Below, one piece after another: positions 1 to 8,981 of a DNA stretch of 64,000 bases. Under the pieces are notes generated by a model that had not been told where the DNA came from, made no database searches, and was given only the letters and a program-made list of their open reading frames with translations. The DNA is from Deltaproteobacteria bacterium (GTDB taxonomy: Bacteria > Myxococcota > Kuafuiibacteriia > Kuafuiibacteriales > Kuafuiibacteriaceae): positions 160,001 to 224,000 of the forward strand of contig JAVJQW010000018.1 of NCBI GenBank assembly GCA_040218735.1, read 5' to 3'. Position numbers and translations under genes: made by a program. The number at the start of each line of letters is the position of its first letter. Positions within the stretch are counted from its first letter, which is position 1.

Positions 1-2
1 TG

Positions 3-1355
3 TTGTCGGTGCTGAAGTCGATGCAAGGTGTGTTGACGGAGTCGCGCTACCCCGTCACCGCGTCCGAGGGTGCGCGCGCGCGCTACGGTGCGCTCGCCGG
101 TTTGTTCGGCGGGGCGAGCCTGTTGCTCCCCGCCGCCGAGAGCGCGCTCGCCGCGGCCGCTGCGCCGGCCTCCGTGGTCGCTGCCGTCCCGCTGCTCGAG
201 TTCCCGCTGCTGGCCGCCGCGTGCAGCACGGGGAGCCTCGCGATTGCGTCGTGGTTCCTACGGCTGCGTCGGCCTCCGAAGACCAAGAGCGGCTCGCCGG
301 AGCCGGCCGCGCTCGAGAAGCTGCGGCGCGCGTTCAAGCTGCCGGCCGCCGTGCGCGATCGCCTCAAGCCGGAGGTCGCGGTCGTCCTCGCCGCGACGGG
401 CCTCGCGCTCGTGCCGATCGAGCTGATGAGCCTCGACGTCGTGCGCGCCGCGACGGTCTCCGCGCTCACCGCCGCGCCGACCGCGGTCGCGCCCGCGCTC
501 CCCGGCGGCGGGATGTCCGAGCTCCCGGTCGTGCCCGTGGAGCCGGTCGTGCCCGTGGAGCCGGTCGCGCCGATCGTCGAAGCGCCGCCGCAGGCCACGC
601 CCGAGGCGCCCGATCCGCGCCGCGGGCCGGTGCCCTTCGGAGGCGCCGGGATCGTGTTGCTGCTCGGGGCGTTCCTCGCGGCGCGGATGGGGCGTCGTCA
701 CCGACGCATCGCGGAGGACGGCCAGCAGATCCTCGACGCCGTTCGCCACGCGCAGCTCGCCGCGCCGAAGAGCGACCCGACGACGATCGAAGCCCGATCC
801 GCCCCGGGCGTGCTCGACGACGTGACCGCTGCGGGCGACACGTCCGCCGCACATGGTTCGGCCGCTACGAGGCGCGCCGACGTCCATCGTGAGCTCGTCC
901 GACGCGCCGACGCAGCGTCCGCCTCGCTCGCGCTCGACGAGGAGACGCGTGTCGCGCGCGCGTACTGCGGTCGCCCCGAGGACGCGCTCCCCGTGAGAAC
1001 CCGTCGCCGGATCGCGGAGCGCATCGTCGGAGCAGGGCGGGGCACCATCGCCGACCGCATCGCGATGACCGATGCACCCGACGCCTTCCTCCTCGCCGCG
1101 CGACGCCGCGCCGCGGACCTCGCGCACGTCCTCCCCGACGACGCGTCGACGCGCCTCGAACGTGCGCTGGAGACGCTCGGTCGTCGACTGGAGCCGCAGG
1201 CGCTCGAGGACGCGTACTTGTCGCGCTGCATCCGCGAGACGGACGACGAGCACCGTCTGCGCTTCGAGCTGCTCGCGCTCGAAGGGCGCATGGAGTCGGA
1301 GGCGGCCGAGGCCTGGTTCGCGTCGATCGCCGAGGCCGACGAGGAGGAAGCCTGA
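3..1355 (+). CDS. Hypothetical membrane protein, probably 5'-truncated by the window edge
   Basis: Open frame from the window start with several hydrophobic segments, a Pro/Val-rich linker and a helical C-terminus. Its stop lies 1 nt before the GTG of the downstream kinase. Confidence 0.6.
   Translation: MSVLKSMQGVLTESRYPVTASEGARARYGALAGLFGGASLLLPAAESALAAAAAPASVVAAVPLLEFPLLAAACSTGSLAIASWFLRLRRPPKTKSGSPEPAALEKLRRAFKLPAAVRDRLKPEVAVVLAATGLALVPIELMSLDVVRAATVSALTAAPTAVAPALPGGGMSELPVVPVEPVVPVEPVAPIVEAPPQATPEAPDPRRGPVPFGGAGIVLLLGAFLAARMGRRHRRIAEDGQQILDAVRHAQLAAPKSDPTTIEARSAPGVLDDVTAAGDTSAAHGSAATRRADVHRELVRRADAASASLALDEETRVARAYCGRPEDALPVRTRRRIAERIVGAGRGTIADRIAMTDAPDAFLLAARRRAADLAHVLPDDASTRLERALETLGRRLEPQALEDAYLSRCIRETDDEHRLRFELLALEGRMESEAAEAWFASIAEADEEEA
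525..567 (+). repeat. 18-bp tandem repeat (about 2.4 copies) encoding PVVPVE
   Basis: ccggtcgtgcccgtggag occurs twice exactly, followed by ccggtcg. Confidence 0.85.
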
Positions 1356-1356
1356 A

Positions 1357-3267
1357 GTGTACGCGCTCGACGCGGGTTCCAACGGCCTCGTCCCTCACGC
1401 GCTGTCCAAGGGCACGCGCATCGCCGACCGCTTCGTCGTGGAGGCGAAGATCGCGGACGGCACCGTCGCGTCGGTCTACCGCGCGCTCGACGAGCGCTCC
1501 AACGCGAAGGTCGCGCTCAAGGTCTTCGACCCGCTCCGCTCGGCGGACCCCGTCGCGCGACGTCGGTTCGAGCGGGAGTTCGCGATCCTCACGAAGCTGC
1601 GCCTCCCGGGCGTCGCGCGCGCGATCGACTTCCTCCCCGGCGAAGACCTCGACGTCCTCGTGCTCGAGCTCATCGAAGGCGAGCCCCTCGCCGACCGCTT
1701 CGCGCGCGGCCCGATGGACACCGACGAAGCGGTCCGCCTCGCGGTGCAGCTCGCCGCGACGCTCGAAGCCTGCCACGAGGTCGGCGTCGTCCACCGCGAC
1801 CTCAAGCCGCGCAACGTCGTCCTGCACGCAGAGCGCGGGCCGGTGATCCTCGACTTCGGCGTCGCCTGGTTCTCGAGCGCCATGACCCTCACGCAGACGG
1901 GCGCGATCGTCGGCTCGCCGCGGTACCTCGCGCCCGAGACGTTCGAGTCGAGCCACGTCGACGAACGCGCCGACCTCTACGCGCTCGGAGCCATCCTGTT
2001 CGAGGCGCTCACGGGGCGCGCGGCGCGCGACGCCGACACGATCGTGGAGATGGCAAACAGCGCCGCCATGCTCGACACCCCCTCCGTGCGCGATCACGCA
2101 CCGCACGTGTCCGTCGCGATCGACGGCGTCGTTCGGCGCGCGCTCTCCTGGGCGCCCGAGCAGCGGTACGCGACGGCGCGAGAGATGCGCCGCGCGCTGC
2201 TCGCCGGCGAGGACCGCGCGGTGGTTCCGCTCGACCGCAAGCTACCTTGCAAGTCGTGCGGGACTTCGCTGATCGTCGACCTCCCCGTGTGTCCGGGGTG
2301 CGGCGCCGCGACGGACTGGGCGCTGGAGCGCGGCGCGTACGCCGTCCAGATCCTCGAAGTCGAGCGCAAAGCCCTCGCGGCGCGTGCGCTCGCGGATCGC
2401 TACGGGACCGCGCTCCGCATGGACGCGTCGCTCCTCACGAAGCGCCTCGCGACGCTGCCGGCGCCGCTCGCCGTCGGTGTCTCGTCGAACACCGCGGAGG
2501 CGCTCGCGTCGGCCGCGCGTTCGGCGGGGTGTCGGGTGGAGGTCGTGCGGACGCGTTCCGTGCTGGGGCCGGCGCTGCGGGTGCCTTCGTTCTCGGCGGG
2601 CCAGATTCTGTACGGGATGGGGCTGCACTTCTTGGCGGTGCTCGGGCTCGGGACGGTCGCGATTCTGTTCGGCGCCTCCGACGATGCGGTGACGGCGGTG
2701 CCGTTCGGCGTGGGGGCGATCGGAGCCGCCGCGGCGCTGTGGTGGTCACGCGCGCCGATCCTCTCCGTCGAGGCGTTCGAGGCGCGCGCATTCGTGCATC
2801 CGAAGCTGGAGCCGATCGCCGCGCGTTTGCGTCGGCTGGCGCACCCGCGCTCGCGCCGTCTCGCGGCGGGCGCTGTCGCGCGGATCGCGCCGCTGTTGAT
2901 GGCGGACGACGGTGGATTGTCGGTGGCGTCCCAGGAGGACGCGTTCGCCGCGCTGGACGAGGCGCTCGACGCCGCCGAGACGCTCGATACGCATCAAGCC
3001 GTACTCGCTGCGCAGCCGCGCGCGCGCCTGAGGGCGCTCGCGGCGCGGACCGAAGTCGACTCGGAGGAGCACCGACGCATCGAACGCGCGCACCGCGAGA
3101 TCTCGGACCTCGCGGTGGCGCACGACCTCGCGGCGCGTCGTGCGCTGGAGGCCACGGAGCTGATCTCCGAGGCCCTCGCAGCGCGGGGCGTCGCGGGAGG
3201 CGACGCGCTCGTGTCGACTACTGCAGCTGGTTCTTCACGCGACGGTAGCCGTCGTCGAGGTGACTGA
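1357..3267 (+). CDS. Ser/Thr protein kinase with zinc ribbon and two TM helices
   Basis: VALK, HRDLKPRN, DFG and APE motifs; CKSC..CPGC after the kinase domain. Start re-assigned to GTG 1357, downstream of RBS GAGGAGG (1341-1347). Confidence 0.9.
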   Translation: MYALDAGSNGLVPHALSKGTRIADRFVVEAKIADGTVASVYRALDERSNAKVALKVFDPLRSADPVARRRFEREFAILTKLRLPGVARAIDFLPGEDLDVLVLELIEGEPLADRFARGPMDTDEAVRLAVQLAATLEACHEVGVVHRDLKPRNVVLHAERGPVILDFGVAWFSSAMTLTQTGAIVGSPRYLAPETFESSHVDERADLYALGAILFEALTGRAARDADTIVEMANSAAMLDTPSVRDHAPHVSVAIDGVVRRALSWAPEQRYATAREMRRALLAGEDRAVVPLDRKLPCKSCGTSLIVDLPVCPGCGAATDWALERGAYAVQILEVERKALAARALADRYGTALRMDASLLTKRLATLPAPLAVGVSSNTAEALASAARSAGCRVEVVRTRSVLGPALRVPSFSAGQILYGMGLHFLAVLGLGTVAILFGASDDAVTAVPFGVGAIGAAAALWWSRAPILSVEAFEARAFVHPKLEPIAARLRRLAHPRSRRLAAGAVARIAPLLMADDGGLSVASQEDAFAALDEALDAAETLDTHQAVLAAQPRARLRALAARTEVDSEEHRRIERAHREISDLAVAHDLAARRALEATELISEALAARGVAGGDALVSTTAAGSSRDGSRRRGD

Positions 3268-3679
3268 GCAGGTCGGCCAGGCTCGCCTTCGCCTCCTCGG
3301 CGGTCTTCGCCGAGGCGTGTTTCACCATGTCGATCCGCGTCTGGACGTCGGCCCACTTGGACTCCAGAGACTCCCAAGCGTCGCGGCCATCCTTCTTCGC
3401 GAGGTCGAGCTGCACGCGCGCTTCGTCGCGCTTCTGCTTCACCTCGGCGAAGATGCGGTCGATCGCGGAGTCCCCCGTCGGACCGCTCTTCGCGCGATGC
3501 TCGGCGGCGCGGAGGGCCTCACCCTCGGGCGCATTCAGCGCGTCCTTCGCGCGTTTCGCGTCCTGCTCGACCGTGCCGAGCTCCACGTACTTACGTGCGC
3601 CCTGACGGTATTCGGCGTCGGCTTCTCGGTTGCCCTCGCCGTGGTTCGGCGTGTGAACTGCGTTGTGCATCGAAGTCAT
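3218..3679 (-). CDS. Small hydrophilic helical protein, apparent fusion of two small modules
   Basis: GC3-rich codons. N-half NHGEGNREADAEYRQGA...EGEALRAAE; C-half KQKRDEARVQLDLAKKDGRDAWESLESKW. ATG 3679 lies just downstream of a sigma54-like promoter. Confidence 0.75.
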   Translation of the reverse strand: MTSMHNAVHTPNHGEGNREADAEYRQGARKYVELGTVEQDAKRAKDALNAPEGEALRAAEHRAKSGPTGDSAIDRIFAEVKQKRDEARVQLDLAKKDGRDAWESLESKWADVQTRIDMVKHASAKTAEEAKASLADLLSHLDDGYRRVKNQLQ

Positions 3680-3691
3680 GCCCCCGTGTAG

Positions 3692-3707
3692 AGCAAGTGC
3701 GATACCA
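3692..3707 (-). promoter_or_regulatory. Putative sigma54 (-24/-12) promoter
   Basis: The minus strand reads TGGTATC-GCAC-TTGCT, versus consensus TGGCACG-N4-TTGCW, with correct GG-N10-GC spacing. Confidence 0.7.
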
Positions 3708-3872
3708 ACCGTTGCGGCGCTCCGAGCGCCCTGTAGCGGCCGATCCGTCGCGAGGAGCGTAGCGACCTGCCACGACCCCCTGCACGCCCCCACACGATCG
3801 CCACGCCCACGGTGACCGATCGGACTTTTTCCGGTGTGCGGACCTCTCCCGATCGTTTAGGGACCACGTGCC

Positions 3873-6302
3873 ATGTCCCGCCGTCCGCTCGTCGTCGTCC
3901 TCGCTGCCGCACTCCTGGTCGGGGGCTGCGCTCAGCTGAAGGCGCGGTCGGCGTACTCGCGGGGGGAGAAGGCTCGCGTCGCGGGGGACCTCGAAGGGGC
4001 GATCGCCGGGTACCGCGAGGCGTACGCCGCGGACCCCAAACCCGAGTACCAACAGGCGCTCGAGACCGCGCAGAAGGAGGGCGCCGCGACGCGCGCGGGG
4101 GTCGCACGCGAAGCCGAGGCGCGGGGTGACTACGCGGAGGCCGTGCGCCAGTGGGACGCGGCGCTCGCGTTCGACCCGAACGACGAGGAGCTGAAGGCCC
4201 GCCGCGAGCTCGCCGGGCTGCGCGCGAAACAGAGCGACCCGGTCGAGTACTACCGCGCCGCGGAGCGCCTTGCGAAGGTGCTCCCGAACGATCCCGCCGC
4301 GCAACAGGCGCTCGCGGAGTCGAAGAAGGAAGCGCTCTTCTATCACCTGCGCCTCGCCTCCGTGTACGCGGCCGCGAAGTCCTGGTCGCGCGCGTACGCC
4401 GAGTACGAGATCGCACGCACCATCCAACCGGACCACGCGGCGTTCTCCGGGACGACGTACCGCCGCACCGCCGCGCAGCACCACGAAGCCGAGGGGGATC
4501 GGTTGATGGCGCAGGGCGACGCGGTCGCCGCTTACGCCGCCTACGATCGTGCGACGACGCTCGTGTCGTCCTCGCGCGTCGACAAGAAGATGCGCCGCGC
4601 ACAGAAGGGCGCCGGCAACGTCCTCGATCAGCTTCGCGAAGCCGAGACGTTCTCCCGCCTCGGCAAGTGGGAGGAGGCGGCGGAGGCCTACTCGATGGTC
4701 GCCGGGCGCGCCGACGCGTCGGACGACGTGAAGAAGAAGGCGACCGAGGCGCGCGCGAAGAGCGCGAACCTCCGCGCCGAGCGCGCGAAGGCGTACGCGG
4801 AGCGTGGCCTCCCGGCAAAGGCGATCCGCGAGCTCGGCAACGCGGTCGATCACACGGACGGGCCGATCGACGCCGTGCAGGCGGCGCGGCAGGGCGTGGA
4901 CGAGCTCCTCGCGGATCGTGTCGATCTCGCGCACCAGCGCTTCGAGACCGCGAAGGCGAAGAGCGGCAGCGCGCTCGCGGCGGTGCGTGCGTCGTCGGTG
5001 GTGATGGCGGCTGTCGCGAACACCTCGTACGAGCGCGCGAAGGCCACGACGGATCCCGCGGAGGCGCTCGTCGCGCTGCGGCGCCTCGAGCCGTTCGCGG
5101 CGTCGCTGTCCGGTTACGAGGACGCGAAGAAGCGGCTGCGCAAGCGCGCTTTCGGGGCGCTGCTCGAGAAGGCGAAGGAGCGCTCCGGTTTCGGCAACGA
5201 CGATCGCGCCGCGGAGCTGATCGCAACGGCGCTGGAGATCTCCAAGCCTCCCGCGAAGCTCGCGAAGCCGCTGGAGGAGGGGAGCGCGGCGCTCACGCGT
5301 GGTGACTTCGCGACGGCGCTGCAGCACCTCGCCGAGGCCGAACGGATCGAGCCGCGGTCGCGCCTCGCGCGGGTGGGGCACGAGGTCGCGAAGCGGGCGC
5401 GGCTGCGTCAGCTTCGACGCGACGCCGACGAAGCGCGCGTCGTCGAGGACGCCGTCCGCGCGACCATCGCGTACCGCGCCATCCTGGACATCGAGCCGAA
5501 CGACGTCTCGGCGCAGCTGGGGCTCTCCGAGCTCAAGGGGCAGATCGTCGAGGACGCACTGTCGAACGCCCGCGCGCACGAGACGGCGGGGCGACCGGGC
5601 GCGGCGTTTGTCTACTACCAGCGCGTGGTGTCGATGGAGCCGGAGCACGCCGAGGCGAAGCCGGCCGTCGCGAAGCTCGCGAAGCAGCTGTCGGGGACGA
5701 GCGCAGCCGGGCTCTACGTCGCGCCGGTCATCCGCGGGACCCACCTCGGGAGCACGTGCCCGGGGATCGAAGAGAAGCTCCGCGATCGCCTGGGCCTGTA
5801 CCTCGATCGCACCGACGGCCTCGGCGCGCAGGTCCTGAAGGCGGTCGCGCAGGCCGAGGTCGACGAGAAGAAACGCGCCGCGCCGCCCGTCGTCCTTCGG
5901 ACCGCGGTGGAGGCGTGTGACGTGAGCGGGACGAAGGGCACCGCGCGCGTGACGCTGCAGCTGGTGCTCGGCGGCCGGGTCCTCGGACAGGGCTCGAAGT
6001 CGGGTGCGTTCGATCCCAGCGGCGTCCCGAAGGATGAGCTCGCCGACGGGCTGGAGCCGTCACGCGTGATGAGCGACGTGGTCGGCGACGCCGCGAAGCA
6101 GGTCGTCCAGTTCGTGAAGTCGAAGTCATCCGAGCTGGCGGGGTGGCGCGCGATCGAGGCGCGCGCGAGCCTGAAGGCGGGCGACGCCGAGCGGGTCGCG
6201 CGGTCCTACGCGGGCCTCGTGATGAAGAACGGCAGCAAGACCACCGACGAGCGCGATGCGCTCCGCGAAATCGAAACCTTCCTCAACAGCCGATACCGAT
6301 GA
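3873..6302 (+). CDS. Large TPR-repeat lipoprotein
   Basis: Signal peptide with lipobox LVGGC; many TPR-like helical pairs (e.g. AVRQWDAALAFDPND, YYQRVVSMEPEHAEA); alpha/beta C-terminal domain. Confidence 0.8.
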   Translation: MSRRPLVVVLAAALLVGGCAQLKARSAYSRGEKARVAGDLEGAIAGYREAYAADPKPEYQQALETAQKEGAATRAGVAREAEARGDYAEAVRQWDAALAFDPNDEELKARRELAGLRAKQSDPVEYYRAAERLAKVLPNDPAAQQALAESKKEALFYHLRLASVYAAAKSWSRAYAEYEIARTIQPDHAAFSGTTYRRTAAQHHEAEGDRLMAQGDAVAAYAAYDRATTLVSSSRVDKKMRRAQKGAGNVLDQLREAETFSRLGKWEEAAEAYSMVAGRADASDDVKKKATEARAKSANLRAERAKAYAERGLPAKAIRELGNAVDHTDGPIDAVQAARQGVDELLADRVDLAHQRFETAKAKSGSALAAVRASSVVMAAVANTSYERAKATTDPAEALVALRRLEPFAASLSGYEDAKKRLRKRAFGALLEKAKERSGFGNDDRAAELIATALEISKPPAKLAKPLEEGSAALTRGDFATALQHLAEAERIEPRSRLARVGHEVAKRARLRQLRRDADEARVVEDAVRATIAYRAILDIEPNDVSAQLGLSELKGQIVEDALSNARAHETAGRPGAAFVYYQRVVSMEPEHAEAKPAVAKLAKQLSGTSAAGLYVAPVIRGTHLGSTCPGIEEKLRDRLGLYLDRTDGLGAQVLKAVAQAEVDEKKRAAPPVVLRTAVEACDVSGTKGTARVTLQLVLGGRVLGQGSKSGAFDPSGVPKDELADGLEPSRVMSDVVGDAAKQVVQFVKSKSSELAGWRAIEARASLKAGDAERVARSYAGLVMKNGSKTTDERDALREIETFLNSRYR

Positions 6303-7456
6303 ATCCATTGAATAGATACTCCTGGGTGGCCGTCGTCTTGCTGACGACCGGCTGCCTCGGGCGCGTCAGCCTCGCGCCCCACCTCAACCGCGAGCGTGAG
6401 CTCGCACCGGATACCGTCGCGGGGCGACACAGCGCGGTCCTGGATCGCGCGGCGGCGTTCGAGAAACAGAACGAGAAGTCGCGCGACATCTACTGGTACC
6501 GGACGTGGCGTGCGTCGGCGATGGTCGGCCTCGAGCAGTACGAACCCGCGCTGGAGCTCCTCGGCGAGATTCAGTCCGAGATGACGCAGGCGAAGTCGCC
6601 GCCGGCGCAGTCGGATCGGCTGCGCATGTTCATCTACGATCTCGAAGCCAAGGCGTTGCTCGCGATGGGCCGCCCCGCGGAGGCGCTCGGCCGCCTCGAG
6701 CGCGCGTTGCCGATCGCGAAGGACGCGCCGCTCGAAGGGGGCGGGGATTGTGACCGCGAGCTGGTGCTCGGCGCGCGGCACGAGCAGCTCCACCGCGTCG
6801 CCGCCGCCGCCGGCGAGCGTGATCGCTCGGAGCGCGCGAAGGGGGAGGTCGGTCGTTACCTCGAACGTTGGGCGCGGTGTGTCGCCGCGACCGACTACCC
6901 GGGGATGGCGCCGACGTTGGGGTTGGTCGACGCGATCTCGGGGGCGCCGGTCGCCGTGGCTGCACCTCCGGCCCCGCGTGCCCCTCCGCCTCCCGTTGCG
7001 CCGCCGCCGCCGGCCTCACCGCCTCCGCCCGCCGCGCCGCCTCCGCCGCCTTCGCGACCGGGGCAGACGCCGGTCTCGGCGCTCCAGGTGACGACCGGGG
7101 TGTACGCGCCGGTCAGCGCGGACGCGCACCGTTCCGGCATCAACGCGGTGAAGCCGCTGTTGTCGGGACCGCTGAAGGACGCGCGGCTCGGGGTGGTGAT
7201 TCGTACGGACGGCCGCCACCACGCGCTCAAGGTGATCGCACCCGGGCGCGTGGCGAACGTGGAGGCGTTGGTGCCCTCGCTGAAGTCGATGGTCGTCTTC
7301 TTCGAGAACACCCGGACGGTGAAACCTTCGGTGACCTACGTGCTCATCGACGCCGGCGGCACGCTCATCCTCGCGTCGAAGGACGACGTCTTCGACTTGT
7401 TCTTGGAGCGCATCGGCGTCACCGAGTTCGTCGGGCGACTGCGCCGGCTCCCCTGA
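6299..7456 (+). CDS. Lipoprotein with TPR-like N-domain and Pro-rich linker
   Basis: ATG 6299 overlaps the upstream stop (ATGA); MNPLNRYSWVAVVLLTTGC lipobox; poly-Pro linker. Confidence 0.75.
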   Translation: MNPLNRYSWVAVVLLTTGCLGRVSLAPHLNRERELAPDTVAGRHSAVLDRAAAFEKQNEKSRDIYWYRTWRASAMVGLEQYEPALELLGEIQSEMTQAKSPPAQSDRLRMFIYDLEAKALLAMGRPAEALGRLERALPIAKDAPLEGGGDCDRELVLGARHEQLHRVAAAAGERDRSERAKGEVGRYLERWARCVAATDYPGMAPTLGLVDAISGAPVAVAAPPAPRAPPPPVAPPPPASPPPPAAPPPPPSRPGQTPVSALQVTTGVYAPVSADAHRSGINAVKPLLSGPLKDARLGVVIRTDGRHHALKVIAPGRVANVEALVPSLKSMVVFFENTRTVKPSVTYVLIDAGGTLILASKDDVFDLFLERIGVTEFVGRLRRLP

Positions 7457-8865
7457 AATCGCAGCGCGGTGATCTGCGCGCGATAGCCGAAGATCGCCTC
7501 GAGCTGCGGCTGCACGAACAGCGCCTCCGCGATCCACCCGAGCGGCCCGAAGGGCGCCGCGAAGTGCACGCGATCGATCATCTTCGTGCGATCACCGTGA
7601 CGCTCGAAGAGGTGGACGTGGTGCCACGACGCGTACGGGCCGCGCAGCTGCGTATCGACGAACCGCTCCATCGGAACGACCTCCTCGATCCGCGTCTTCC
7701 ACTTCATCGGCACCGGGCCGAGGCGGATGAGGTACTCGATCTCCGTCCCCGGTGACATCTCGTCCGGGACGGCCGTCTGGACCTCGAACGACATCGATGG
7801 CGGCGTCATCGCGCCGAGGTTCTGCGGCTTGCTGAAGAACGCGTAGACCTCCTCGAGCGGCGCGTCGATCCAGGTCACCTGCTCGAGCACCCGGCGGACC
7901 GGGCGCCCGTTCAGGTAGTCGGACTCGGGGAGCTCACGCGGCTTGGTCAGCGTTACGCTTTTTTTTTCCACGAGGATGTCGTTCAGCGCCTCGTCGATCG
8001 TGGAGAACTCGAACTCGAAGCCGAGCGCCTGCGCGCGCTTCGGCTCCGCGCGCTGCCCCTCGAGGAGCACCTGCGACGCCTCGCCGAAGATCGCCTTCAG
8101 CGCAAACGACGGCACCGGGACGATCGTCGGGCGGTGCAGCGCGTTGCCCATCGCCGAGGTGAACGTCTTGTTGTCCACCGGCGTCGGGCCGGTCGCGTTG
8201 AAGACACCCGCGTAGCGATCGTCGGTCAGCGCGGTCGCCATCAGCTCGACGAGGTCCGCGATGTGGACCCACGGCATGTACTGGTTGCCGCTGCCGAGCT
8301 TGCCGCCGCCGCCCATCTTGAACGCGGGGAGCATCTTCTGGAGCGCTCCGCCGCCGCGGCCGAGCACGACGCCGATGCGCAGCGCCGCGACGCGGAGGCC
8401 GTGGGTCTTCGCCGCGAACGCGGACTGCTCCCAGCCGTCACACAGCTCGGCGAGGAAGTCGTCGCCGCGCGAGCTCTCCTCGGTGAGGACCTCGTCGCCG
8501 CGGCTCCCGTAGAAACCGACGGCGCTCGCGCTGACGAGCACCTTGGGGCGCTCTTCCATCGCGCCGATCGCTTCGACCATGGCCTGCGTGCGATCGACGC
8601 GGCTCTCGACGAGCGCCTTCTTCTTCTTCTCGGTCCAACGACCCGAGACGATCGGTTCGCCGGCGAGGTTCACGATCCCCTCGACACCGGCGAGCGATGC
8701 GCTCCACGCGTCGTCCGTCGAGACCACCTCGACGTCCGCGCCGAGCGCGTTCTTCGCGCGCTCCACGGAGCGCGACTGCACGACCACCTGGTGGCCGTCG
8801 GCGAGCAGACGCGGCACGAGCGCGCGCCCGACGAATCCTGTTGCTCCCGTGACTAGAACCTTCAT
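7336..8865 (-). CDS. TIGR01777/YfcH-family NAD-dependent epimerase fused to a C-terminal SRPBCC domain
   Basis: MKVLVTGATGFVG, VNLAGEPI..RWT..KK, SASAVGFYG, PWVHIAD; C-terminal VYAFFSKPQNL..TPP, FVDTQLRGPYASWHHVH. RBS AGGAGG at 8875-8880. Confidence 0.92.
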   Translation of the reverse strand: MKVLVTGATGFVGRALVPRLLADGHQVVVQSRSVERAKNALGADVEVVSTDDAWSASLAGVEGIVNLAGEPIVSGRWTEKKKKALVESRVDRTQAMVEAIGAMEERPKVLVSASAVGFYGSRGDEVLTEESSRGDDFLAELCDGWEQSAFAAKTHGLRVAALRIGVVLGRGGGALQKMLPAFKMGGGGKLGSGNQYMPWVHIADLVELMATALTDDRYAGVFNATGPTPVDNKTFTSAMGNALHRPTIVPVPSFALKAIFGEASQVLLEGQRAEPKRAQALGFEFEFSTIDEALNDILVEKKSVTLTKPRELPESDYLNGRPVRRVLEQVTWIDAPLEEVYAFFSKPQNLGAMTPPSMSFEVQTAVPDEMSPGTEIEYLIRLGPVPMKWKTRIEEVVPMERFVDTQLRGPYASWHHVHLFERHGDRTKMIDRVHFAAPFGPLGWIAEALFVQPQLEAIFGYRAQITALRFQGSRRSRPTNSVTPMRSKNKSKTSSFDARMSVPPASMST

Positions 8866-8886
8866 TTCGATTTGCCTCCTAGGATG

Positions 8887-8951
8887 AATCTGGACGTTTT
8901 GGGCGGACATTGTCAAGAAATCTGGACAAAAATCTGTGCAGGACCTTGACG
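8887..8951. promoter_or_regulatory. Divergent promoter region with candidate CarH-type operator repeats
   Basis: AT-rich. AATCTGGAC at 8887 and 8919, AATCTGTGCA at 8931, CTTGAC at 8945. A perfect TTGACA lies on the minus strand at 8911-8916. Confidence 0.5.
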
Positions 8952-8981
8952 GGGCCGCGCGCTTCGGGTGGGGTAAGGGGC

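Noticed and set aside
7336-7456. 121-bp convergent overlap as an antisense regulatory feature
   Set aside because: Most simply a stop-codon loss extending a non-conserved tail beyond the SRPBCC domain; no further support.
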